A stretch of 64,000 nucleotides of DNA from Tubulanus polymorphus (lineage: Eukaryota > Animalia > Nemertea): assembly GCF_964204645.1 (NCBI RefSeq), contig NC_134029.1, forward strand, positions 15,308,950 to 15,372,949, in the 5' to 3' direction. The notes under the pieces were generated by a model that ran no database searches, was not told where the DNA came from, and saw only the letters and a list, made by a program, of their open reading frames with translations. The position numbers were made by a program, and so were the translations under genes. Shown in pieces: positions 49,463-60,592 of this stretch; the first letter of the stretch is position 1; every line of letters starts with the position of its first letter.

Positions 49463-52400
49463 TGGCCATAAGGTAATGTTTTTATACCATCATCTAAAAT
49501 ATGCCTTTTATCATCAAATGGATTCAAACTAGTTTTTTCAACTTCATTAATGTACATCTCGTGATCTTCTGATCTTAAACAATTCGTTTTGTGTTTCATT
49601 ACAATTGAGTTATATAAACACTTTATATAATCTTGAAATTCTATATGTTTATCAACCACATGTTTTGTTATTCCTTTTAACTTTTTAGCTTCATGATCTT
49701 TTGTTCTGTAACTATACATTTTACTTCTTATCCCAACAAATTCAATCATTTCATCACCCCCTAATTCATCTCTAAACATACCAGGAATCTTTTTATTATC
49801 ATTGCTAAATAGTTCATGATCTTTGGGATAATTGCTAAAATCAAAATGATGTTTTAATGTTTTTAAGTCTTTTGTTATGTCATTTGTCTTGATTTTTAGT
49901 ATGTACGCATCAGTATTTTTTTGCAATTAATGGAAATCCACAGTTAAATGTACCATCTTCAGTTGATAAATCATAAACATAATCTGATGGGTTATATATT
50001 TCAAATAAATCTTTAACTTCTTCTGTTAATTCTTTTTCTACATGCCTTAAATTAAAACAATTTGGTTTAGATTTAATTAATTCTATATTCATATTAAATC
50101 CTAATTAACTGCATAATATACTTAATCCTGATGTAGCAACTTTTCATTTCTGTGCAAAGGTTATCTTTTTATTCTTCGTAAATTTTTTAGTGCCATCTGC
50201 GGGATAGAATCCAATGAAGAACTATTTTCTTAAATTATTTTTTGCATTTAATACATAATCTGGTACTATTTTTTCTTTAGTTGAAGTATTACTTTTCACT
50301 ATTGCATGAATATAGAATTCGTCATTATATTTTATAGCAAAATCTTTAGGATTATTCACATGTATTCTATAACATTGCGATGATTTCATAACATCTATGA
50401 TTTTAAATGTTTTATGTGAATAAACTTCTGCACAGAATTTCTTTATTCTTTCTAATAATTTCAAATCTTGATTGCATAAATACCAGCAATTTTGAGTGCG
50501 ATTAACATAATTATACACACCTGCTGAACCATCTCCCATAAAAAATCCTTTGATAAAATATTCTTTTTCTTCTAATGTTTCAGGTTCTATATTATAAATA
50601 TTATCAATTATTTCATCAAATGACATATGATTCATTCTTTGGAAAAATCTTTTATGTAATAATTCATCTCCAATTTATATAAATACAATAATTTTACCAT
50701 AAAAACTATTATTCATTAATTTGAAGAAATCTTTTTCAAAATCTTTTTTTTGATATGGTTCTCTGTTGAGTATTGAAATCTATATATTTTTCTCACCACT
50801 TCCATTGATTAAATTCAATATATCTATGTACTTTCTTTAATTTCATTCCTTGTTTTAGATAAGATTTTAACATTCTATAATGAACAATATAATTGTATTT
50901 ATTATTTTGAGTAAGTATTAATTTTTCTGTAAAAACATGTTCCTTCGGTTTTATTTTCTTCTGGTATTCACTTAAATAACTATCATCTACGGTTAAATGT
51001 GCTTGGCAATAAGGTAAGTTTCTTGTTTTAAACTTTATATTTTCAGGATATTCTAAATCAACTACAAAGAAATAACCAATTGGTGCTTCATCTTTTAAAC
51101 TCGCAATTGCGCTTTCCCAATCAGTTTTATCATCATTTTCAACTTCTGTTAATATAAAATTTTTATACGGTTGAGGTTGCATCATTGCCCAACCATATAA
51201 ATTATTGGCGTCAATATATAATAATTTATATTCATCATTTGCTTTAAAATACCTATCTCCCATAACACCACTAATTCCACCTCTAATTGATTTTTCAAAT
51301 AATAAAACCATGTCTGGTTCTTTTAATAATTCTAATTCTACATTTGTATATTTTAAACCACATTGCCAGGTTAAACTAGGACTAGAGTAGCAATAACAAG
51401 GATCAACATTAAAATGATTCAAATTAACTTCTCTAAATTTTTCAAATATGTCAGCCAATATCATAACATCTGATTTTAAATATAAATCAACTAATTCACC
51501 ATGATTTTTCATCTTAAAATGGTTCCAAATATTTAATGTTCTATTAAACAATTCGTCTTTCGCATACTCCTCTTTAAATTGATCATAAAATTGATCTTTT
51601 AATGATTCTGTTACATTAAAATCATTGTGTGTTTTTTAAAATGAATAAGGAATTGCACCTTTATATCTCAATAATTTAAGATCTTGTTCATTTGGATAAT
51701 AATATCGTGTGATAACAAAATCATTATCAACTAAACTTTTTGATAAATTATCTAATGAACTTGCTAGAAATCTATAAGAATCTAAAAATCTAATGCAACC
51801 AAATTGAAATGAAATATAATTTTCAGATGTTTTAGCTAATAGTTTAAAATCATGTTTTCTTAAATTTACACCATTCATAACATTATATTCTTCTATTTCT
51901 TGATTAATTGTGCCCAATTTCCTTGATAATTGTTTTATAAATAGATGGGTATCATAGCCTGATAAATTATGGAATAATATTGGTACGAAATTAACTTTCT
52001 TAGCTTGTAAATTGCAATCTTCATGAGCAGCTCCACGATATTTAGAATTTAAATGATCATGATCTCTAACTTTTTTATCAAATGAATAAAAACGTTTTTC
52101 ACAATAACAACAATGAGTTGCATAATTAAAATCGATTTCATCTTCTTCTGTCATAACTATTCTTTTATTTTTGTTTAATAATTTTGCAAAATCACTTTCT
52201 AATTCAATCATTTTGTCACAAAAATCATTAACTACATCTTCACCTCTAAAAGAAATATATTGACTTTCATATAATTCGGGATAATTTGATTTGATGTAAA
52301 TTCCATAGGCAGCAGCTCTTTGATGAACTTTTTTAATTGTATTTATAATTGGCGGGTCTTGTGTTGTGTCTTCATTTAATTCATTTCCTTTATCCATTGA

Positions 52401-53967
52401 TCTTAATAATTGCTTTTTGTTATATATTTCTTTTCTATCTTGTTCAGTTAATTCTTTATTCAACGATTCAAAATCCCCATAAATTACAAATGGAACAATA
52501 TTCTTAAATTTATGATTAGTAAATTTCAATTTATAATCTTTTTCTGTTGGCATTATTAATTTACAAAAATCTTTATTATCACATAATTCTTTATGTTTTA
52601 CTAACGCATTCTCAGTTCTTAATTTAGATAAACATTTTCTACATAGATAAATTTTATTATGGTGATCACTTTCTGTTCTAAAGAATAAATCAATTTGTTT
52701 TAACCACATATAATGTTCATTTTCATCTTTTTTGTAATATAACAAATCTATAGCATTTTCATCATCATAATATTCTGTTAAATATAAAGCTTCCAATGTA
52801 TAATCTTTAATATTTTCATCTTTTGTCTTTGGTAATTGCATTAATGCGAATACATTTATTTTTAAATTATTAACTTTTTCTATTTAAGAAATCATTTTTA
52901 TAGTTACTGGATATTGATCAATTTTATATAATGTTTCATATTTCCGGTAATTTGTTATTCTAAAACTATGTGTAATATCTTCTGTTGGATGTAAGCAACT
53001 AATAATTGCCCACAGAAAACATTTATTATCTTAATTTTGAACATTTATTACTGCTTTTGTTGTAAATGGTAATTTAATATAAGATGATCCTTTAATATCC
53101 TCCTTTTCTGTTGTAAAGTTTGAATCATTTTTAAACATTTTATTACTTTTTGATGTTTTATTTCTTTTTGTATTATAAACATTTAAATCTAAAAATATAA
53201 TTTCATTCAATGTTAAGCCAGAACCCTCAAAATATCTTTCTTCAATATGACGTTTAAATTCATTAAATATTTTTTCTAACTCCTCTTTTATTTGTGTTTT
53301 TGAAATTATTTCTTCAGAGAGTGTTTGAATATTATAATCCATCTTATCTTCTGACTTTAAAAAACTTACTTTCCCAGAGATACTAATTTTTGGATATTCA
53401 ACATCTGTTATCAAATCTAGTATTTTTTCTATTATTTCATTAAATTTACTATAATCTTCCATTGTTGTACCTTTAAAAAATCTAAATATAATAGCTGCAG
53501 GACCAATTTTACTACGTAATGTTTCTAATATTTCAATTGTATCTTTTATTTCTAGTGAATCAATATAATTTCTAACATTTTCCATGTAAGGTTTATTTGA
53601 AATGGATTTAGTTTTTGAAGTTGGTTTTTTTACTTTTTGAGGTTTATCATCGAAATAATCTTTTCCTAAAACATTATTACTCAAATGTGATGGTGTTTTT
53701 GTGATTCGAGATGTCTATTATAATTCCATTTTGTTATAAATTCATCACAAACTTCACATTTTATTTCATCCACATTCATATCATCTAATCGTTCTTTTCT
53801 TTCATTTGTATTATCTAGTGTTTCAAAATCTATTACATTTTTTATATGATTTGCAGTTTTTTCATATCGTGATATTTGGGATTTATCGATGTATTTTTTA
53901 CAATATTGGCAATAAAATTGATTTTTATTAACATTATTATTTTCTGGCTGGTGTTCATTACCCCCAT
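49459..53967 (-). pseudogene. polB: Protein-primed family B DNA polymerase with N-terminal C2H2 fingers, endonuclease VII-like insert and an intein remnant
   Basis: EGSGLTLNEI, GSSYIKLP, VINVQN*DNKCFLW, YGDFES, CCYC..VRDHDH..YRGAAHEDCNL, FHNLSGYD, RFLDSYRFL, KGAIPY, YLKSDV..LADIFE, RGGIS, YIDANNLYGWAM, FFKLMNNSFYGK, TDAYI, KKIPGMFRDE, FVGIRSKMYS, KKLKGI, LNPFDDKR, TLPYGH. Confidence 0.95.
49915..50674 (-). mobile_element. Intein with LAGLIDADG (DOD) homing endonuclease in pPolB; N-terminal splicing region deleted, several stops
   Basis: One reading frame gives IGDELLH..FIKGFFMGDGS (block C)..VPDYVLNA (D)..FFIGFYPADG (E)..GLSILCS*LGF (H)..YVYDLSTEDGTFNCG (F). Removing one A from an A7 run gives LIAKN|TDA (block G Asn, then Thr +1 of the polymerase DTD motif). 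Confidence 0.88.
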
Positions 53968-54056
53968 TTATTAGGAAAAAAAAATTACTTGTGGTTATGA
54001 GTGGTGTCTCGACCTTCGACCTCTGGTATGAAACAACACATTTCCTATTACTTACT
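53963..54056 (-). repeat. Right TIR of Polinton B
   Basis: Reverse complement AGTAAGTAATAGGAAATGTGTTGTTTCATACCAGAGGTCGAAGGTCGAGACACCACTCATAACCACAAGTAATTTT..CCTAATAAATGGG. Confidence 0.9.
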
Positions 54057-55208
54057 TTCCTTTTCAAAGTTGTTAAAGTTCAGACATATGTGCGATATGT
54101 AAACTGTCACTGATAGATGAAAACAAAAACAACTTTGTTAACAATCGTTGTTTATTTCTGAATGCAAATTCCTCACTGAACAAATTGATGCAATAAGGTA
54201 GATCAACCTAGTTTTAACGAAATTATGGATCAAAACGCCCAAGGAGAGCATGTGCGAAAGACTAGTTCATGTAACTGCCACCAGGGGCTTTTGAAAGAAC
54301 CATATTATCGGTTACGTAGCCATTCTGGAACATCAATCACAGGCGCTCGCAGATGTGCTTGGGATACAGTTCCTGGGGTTTCTGATAGAGTATTTGTGTA
54401 TTGCGTGGTTATTCTACAATAAATCAGAGAAAAAACGTCGTGACTCTTGCTACTGATACGTTTAAGTAGATAATGGCCGCTGGCTCCACACACAGCGATC
54501 TCACAAAGCACTCCACAAACTTCGTTTATCAATCTAAAATAAAACTTTTTACTTTATATGACACTTACTAGTTATACATCCTATTATTCCATGCGACTGT
54601 CAGTCACTGTCAATTTGTGAAACGTCTATAGTAATATAAAAGAAAAGGTAGTTGACGAAGCATGAGCGTAAAGGAAAAACTTTACAGGCGTTGAAACGGC
54701 AACACTAGGTCACCGAACGTCGTACAACCGTTGAGTGACGTCATGACGAAATCCTGCTTTATTTGAATATAAAAGGGGAAACTTGTAGCAGGTGCCCGTG
54801 TGGATAAATGGGAATAACGTCCGCTCGCACGGATTAGTCCCAAAAACATCCGTGCGAACGGATTAATCAAAATAACGTCCGTGCGAACGGATTAATGTAA
54901 ATTTATTTTAAATTTATACACACATTTTTTTCGATCTCTTGTGGTAAAGTAGGTCTTAAAAATAAACTATGGTCTAACTTTGTAATAAAATGTCCCATAA
55001 ATTTTTCCAAATGGAACCGATTGTTCAGGGATCTTTTTATCTAATGATGGACCCACATTGCTGAAATACACATGAAATGAGTTTGCAATTAAGTAAAATC
55101 TGTTACTAACTTATTATTGATTTCAAGTTTTTCGGATTATCTTGATTTTTGTTATTGTTTAATAGAATTTTAAGGATCACCCAAGTTTTATTTAGTATTA
55201 TTCCCTAC

Positions 55209-57849
55209 CGGTTCCTGAACTTCGCTGAAAAAGCTGAAACACTGAAAAGCTGAAACGCTGAAATAAAAACGCTGAAATTTCAGGGAATTTCCGAAAAACG
55301 CCGAAATTTCAGGGAATTCCCGAAAAACGCTGAAATCGTGCAAGGTACCGACAATACACGTTTTGAAATTCTTTCCGGGCCGGTGTCCGCTGCCGAGTCC
55401 TGAACCGTCTTTTAGACTCTATCTTCGGTTACAGAGACATGCCTTGAGGTCGTCGTCAAGTTCGACTTGATCGATTGCGGATTGCGTGGATTGTTAGATG
55501 TTTTTTGTTTTATGCGCATATACCGGTACGATCTAACAATGAAATTATCACTTCATTTGAATAAATTCTTAATTACAGTAATATTAATTCTCAATATTTT
55601 TTCTTATATTTGGTGATTTCTTCCAACTTATCATTGCCAAGTCTCATACAAAAGTAGTAGCTGAATGAAAGTACAGCTAGTAAGGCTGAACCTGATAACC
55701 CAAATTAAGTGCTATCATGGAACTTATGACTACTTTGATTCTATTTTGGTGTGAATAAAGGTTCAACCGTCATAGTATACTGTACTTAGCATTACTACGA
55801 TTGGGTGCCATATTTCTACAATCTCTTCAAGGAAGGAGTCGTGGAGTGTCTTTCGTTCCCGGGTAGGCATCCTCGCTTGCTAGGAGACCAGTATCGCTCC
55901 CAAACTCGCTTCCACCTGCCCCCTGGCCTCACGACGCGCGATTTCATTACCGGCGTTTTAGCGAATGACGTCATATATCAACACGCGACAATACTTCCGT
56001 TTTCGCTGATTGGTCCATTTACCGGGAAATTCCATAGATGCCAAATGTCGTTTGTAACAAGCGCTGTGATTGGCCCGACCTGATTCTGGTCGGCTAGTAA
56101 CGACTCGAGGTCAAGCGGTTCGGAGAACAGCTTTAGTGTAGTGGGTTCGAATCCCTTGACAGGTGAAGATGCCGGGTAGGGTACGGGGTAAAACCTGGTT
56201 TACTTTCTCTGTCTACTTGCTGGAGACTACTATCTGCAATGTATTGCAAGTTTTTATTTGTCTGGCTTATGAGAGTCGAACAACGTTTTCCCATACACAG
56301 GCTTGGCTTTAGTACTAGATGAAGGCTAGGCACTGCACATTGTGGATTGACTGGAACTCTAAACTCACAAAATTAAACGAGTCAACAAGAAAGATCCAAT
56401 AATTTGACGTTTGTCTAATTATATTATTTAACAGCTTAAAATAATACTTAACACATTGTAAGAATACACAAAAGAAATCAGTTCTTACATTATATCAGAA
56501 TCAATAGTTCGCTTAACTCGGGCTTGAATTCTGGTTCCATTGCTTTATATTCTAATGAAATTCACTAGCATACCTTAGAATATTGCTTAGCTTAAGATAA
56601 AAAATTTGGTACCAGGAAAACGGGGAAGTAAAGTGGGTGTACTGTACATCCCCAATTGACTTATTTCTCTCTGGTTGAATCAAGTTATTACTGAAATAGC
56701 ATTCGAATAGCCATTTTGTTTTTAAAAATTGTGTCGTTCAGCTATCCTGCTGCAAATTTCGCAGTTCAAGTTAACTAGTGCCATCTGATTTCTCAGTATC
56801 TCAAATTTGCACATTCTTAGCCCGAGTCTAAAAATAGAAAAAAAGTGCATTTAAAGTAGGAAATAAAAGAATAGTGGCTAACACACTCTGGAGATATAGC
56901 CTATGGGGTGGGCCTAGTTTGAAAGCGCTGAGGTCCGAGGGAACAGCACTTAGTAAATAAATACTGAAATCAAACTTACAAAACACCCAATACTTGAGAT
57001 GATGTACTTGACAAGAAGTGTGTCCAGCTGAGCAAATCAACTTTATCTATGACTCCTCCTTTTATAGATACCGTAGTAGTCTAAAAATAAGAATCGGTAC
57101 ATTTTTCTAACAGTCGGTATGTCATTTAAAAAAAAAAAACCTATTAACACAGCAAATAAATTACAGTTGTTGAATGGTTTGCCCGATTTAGATTAATTGG
57201 TTGACGCTAATTAGTATGACCTATAAGTAGGGGCCTACTGCATGTCATTGGCGTCAATCCATTCCATTCCACGGTGAATTAAAAAGAAATTTAGTTAGAT
57301 CCCTTTTGTCCAAAAGCTGCATCATTTATATAACTAGCTGTCAAATTTAATTTACCTCCTTCAGAGAATACCATAGTCCATCGCCCATCAACGTGTTGAC
57401 AAAAGAAAAGTTGCTTATAATCCTGTTTTATACATGAACGATAGAAGTAAACCATATTCTTGGAATATTGAGCATAGTGTTTAAGTTGGCTTGCACGGTT
57501 TGTGAATGGGTTTTCCTCATCATGCTGCCTGTATGCATTAAAAATCCGGATTTCAAGCGAATTAATTTGTTCAACAAGTGGCCCTCTAGAAGTATACTCC
57601 ACACATACTGCCCATGCATGTCTCTGTAACCGAAGGTGGAGACTAAAAGACGGTTCAGGACTCGGCAGCGAATACCGGCCCGGAAATTATTTCAAAACGT
57701 GTATTGTCGGTACCTAGCACGATTTCAGCGTTTTTCGGGAATTCCCTGAAATTTCGGCGTTTTTCGGAAATTCCTTGAAATTTCAGCGTTTTTTTTTCAG
57801 CGATTCAGCGTTTCAGTGTTTCAGCTTTTTCAGCGAAGTTCAGGAACCG
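55209..57849. mobile_element. Non-autonomous Mutator-like (MULE) DNA transposon, ~235-bp TIRs, 10-bp TSD
   Basis: CGGTTCCTGAACTTCGCTGAAA.. (55209-55442) is inverted at 57616-57849. Perfect TSD TATTCCCTAC at 55199-55208 and 57850-57859. TIRs contain GCTGAAA sub-repeats. The superfamily call is inferred from TSD and TIR length. Confidence 0.85.
56100..56200 (+). mobile_element. Possible tRNA-derived SINE head inside the MULE
   Basis: B-box GGTTCGAATCC at ~56144, preceded by a weak A-box-like GGTCAAGCGG. No complete cloverleaf. Confidence 0.3.
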
Positions 57850-58729
57850 TATTCCCTACTAGTGTTTAAATGCATTAATATAGAAATTATTTTTGCCTGT
57901 TAACCAATCTATTATATAAGTTTCTGTAATGAGTAAATTTTGAGTTTGAATCTTCGGTTTTGTTTACAATATAACGTTTATATAGAGATTCTGCACGCTT
58001 CAATGATTTTAATAAGCCTTTAGTCATCGATGGATGAATTTAGTTTTGTGTTTTGAAATCTTTCTGCTGACTATAGGGACACATTCATTATAGAGAGTTT
58101 TGAAATTAGAATGGAATTTAGAAAATGCTGTTCTGGTATCCGTTAAAGAACCAATTACTAACTACACACTAATTAATGGGACAAAAGAATAAGATTGCAT
58201 ACAGTCAACAAATTTAGTAGGAGATAAGTTTGTATACATTAGGTTTATGTTGAAATCACTCATAATGAAATATTTCTTATTGGTTTCTGTTCTAATCATG
58301 GAGAAGTTCAAGGTCCTCTTGAAAATTAGTTAAGTCATTATCTGTCCTATATACTACTCCAATACTAAGTCCTTTTGAAAGTTCTATAAAAAGGGGTTCT
58401 AAACTATCATATTTTACAGTCAAATAATCGTTTACATATATTGCTACACCTCCACCAGCTCAAGATTGATTACCTCTACTGAAAAATATACTATTAAAAC
58501 CGTTGATTTTGTACATTTTTGTACATGGACGAATTATCATCATTATTAGACGTCCGAGTTTCACAGAGTTTAATGATATCAAATTCACAGTTAAATGTCT
58601 GGTATGAAGTATGAAAACTATCAAAATTACTATTACAACTTCTAATATTTACCTGCAGCATGGAAATCTTTTTGAATTGATAACATAAGATATATTATTT
58701 GTACCCTCTTATTTTAACGGTTTTATCAG

Positions 58730-58774
58730 GGTTATGTGCCAAAGGCTATGAACATGATGGGAGTAGATGTATTG
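58730..58774 (+). CDS. FBN: Fibrillin 45-bp exon completing the hybrid domain
   Basis: tttatcag|..|gtgagt, phase 1-1. (G)LCAKGYEHDGSRCI supplies Cys 7-8 of Hyb2 (compare FBN1 ICGKGYSRIKGTQC). Confidence 0.88.
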
Positions 58775-58857
58775 GTGAGTAATTATTAATTCCCTATGGA
58801 CAGAAGATCATGCATCTAAGGTAAATATTGAAACATTTTTCATTCTCAACGTTTCAG

Positions 58858-58983
58858 ACATAAATGAGTGCAATTTATACCCGGAAGCGTGTAAAGACGG
58901 CCGATGTGTAAACAATATAGGGTCCTTTTTATGCCAGTGTCCTCCGGGATTCAGACTTGATGCATCAGGCACCAAATGCAAAG
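58858..58983 (+). CDS. FBN: Fibrillin exon: calcium-binding EGF domain (cbEGF10-equivalent)
   Basis: gtttcag|..|gtaaaa, 126 bp. (D)INECNLYPEACKDGRCVNNIGSFLCQCPPGFRLDASGTKCK. Confidence 0.93.
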
Positions 58984-60344
58984 GTAAAATAGGCACAATG
59001 TGAATATAATCAAGTTTTGATTCATAATTTATTAATTTCCGTTTTGACGTAATGGTAACATACTGTCATGCAACCTCCAGAGATAAACTTTATCTTAATA
59101 CTGCAAAGGGCGTTAAAGATCGAGGTGTCCTATTCATCAAAATGATCATTACGATCTCATTCAATAGATAACTAACTCACATACCAAAACAAAATAAATT
59201 TTAATTCATTTGAGGTAATTTTTCGGTATGAACTGAACTTGAATCAATGTATGGTTTTGGATGAATAATAGTTGCTCGATTTGTCTGAGCGCACACTATT
59301 AACTATAAATCAACGTGCACTCTACACTACGGCAGCATCCTGACGTCAATTATATTTTATCAGGCCAGCCGTAAGCTGAGCCTATTACTATACAAATGGA
59401 GCGAATTAAAATGACATGGTTTCCAGAGTAAAGGCTCTTTGACTGTACAACTGAGCATATATTCATACAAATCAATCATTAGAGCATTATCCATTCTCCA
59501 ACCCCTATGAAGCTGAATTTTGAAAGAGGGTCTCGTTGAAATTTATAAGAGCTTATAAGAAATTTATTAGAGCTTATAAGAAATTTATAAGAAAGCAAAG
59601 ACACCACAGACACCTTTGACACCACAGACATCAGCAGGCGATCACGTGAACCCACGGTATCGTCTACCGTATTAATTCCGGGTTTTATTTTAAGATCTAA
59701 AACTATTTTAATCGTATTACTATCGATTTCTGTGAACTCTTTAGTTGATTTGGTTTTTGGGAGGAATATTTTCATTTGCACTACAGAATATATCATTAAC
59801 AATTGTGCAAAGTCCGCGAAAAATAGCTTTTTCTCAAATCGGATGGATGACCTTGATATGCTAATTAGCCATGTTCTCAAACTGAATATTCAATCAAATT
59901 TTATTCTGCAAAAAATACCAAACCTAATTCAATTTTACTACATGAAAAGTAGCAATCCAATTCAATTTTGTTTTATTGAGTTAGTTTCAGAAAATTAAAT
60001 TCTATTCCGCATTCAAATCAATACGACCAAAGGAAAAGATTTATCTGGGGTATTTGTTCCTGCCAGCTCCAGTCGCTGTCTGTGCTACTTATGAAAATAA
60101 CATTGAATTGTGTTAGCCTGGGATTGACAAGTCTATGAGCTGGCAGTGTATCTGGACGAATTTACCTTTACAGAATGCAATATTTGTCATTTTATGAAAA
60201 GCTGACAGACTTGCCATAGTGCCCCTTGGGGCTCTTGTTTTTTGTAGCTCCCAAAACATAATTATTTTAAATGAAATTGATTTTCTTTGTGACCATTCAC
60301 ACACAAAATAATTTATGTTTTATTTACCATTCATCATGTTCACC

Positions 60345-60592
60345 ATTTTTTCGATTGCGGCCATTTTTCTGCGTGGAAAAATCACACAGAAAAATAATAT
60401 ATATTTATATTTACCATTTTTTCTCGATGGCGGCCATTTTTCTGGGTGAATAAATCACACAGAATAAATATTTATATTTATACCATTTTCTCGATGGCGG
60501 CCATTTTTCTGCGTGAAAAAAATCACACGGAAAAATAATTTATATTTATATTTACCATTTTTCTCGATGACGGCCATTTAACTGCGTGGAAA
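60345..60592. repeat. Minisatellite, ~70-bp unit, ~3.5 copies
   Basis: TCGATGGCGGCCATTTTTCTGCGTGGAAAAATCACAC..TATATTTACCATTTT is repeated. Confidence 0.85.

Larger units (their letters stand above)
38434..54056 (-). mobile_element. Polinton/Maverick-type (adintovirus-like) endogenous virus, copy B, ~15.6 kb, both TIRs present, genes decayed
   Basis: AGT..ACT termini with ~95-bp imperfect TIRs. Contains pPolB, rve integrase, A32-like ATPase and capsid-like genes, with dense AT-rich intronless gene packing. No 6-bp TSD visible (TTTGGC vs TTCCTT). Confidence 0.95.

Noticed and set aside
38434-54056. Bacterial or phage contamination as the source of the intein-bearing region
   Set aside because: It lies between in-phase exons of an animal fibrillin, has eukaryotic Polinton hallmark genes, shows neutral decay, and its sister copy is invaded by animal LINE and BEL elements.
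38428-54062. 6-bp TSD for Polinton B
   Set aside because: The flanks TTTGGC and TTCCTT do not match. The termini may be decayed, or the two ends may derive from recombination between copies.
56100-56175. Functional tRNA gene
   Set aside because: B-box is present, but there is no convincing acceptor/anticodon stem set; at most a SINE head.
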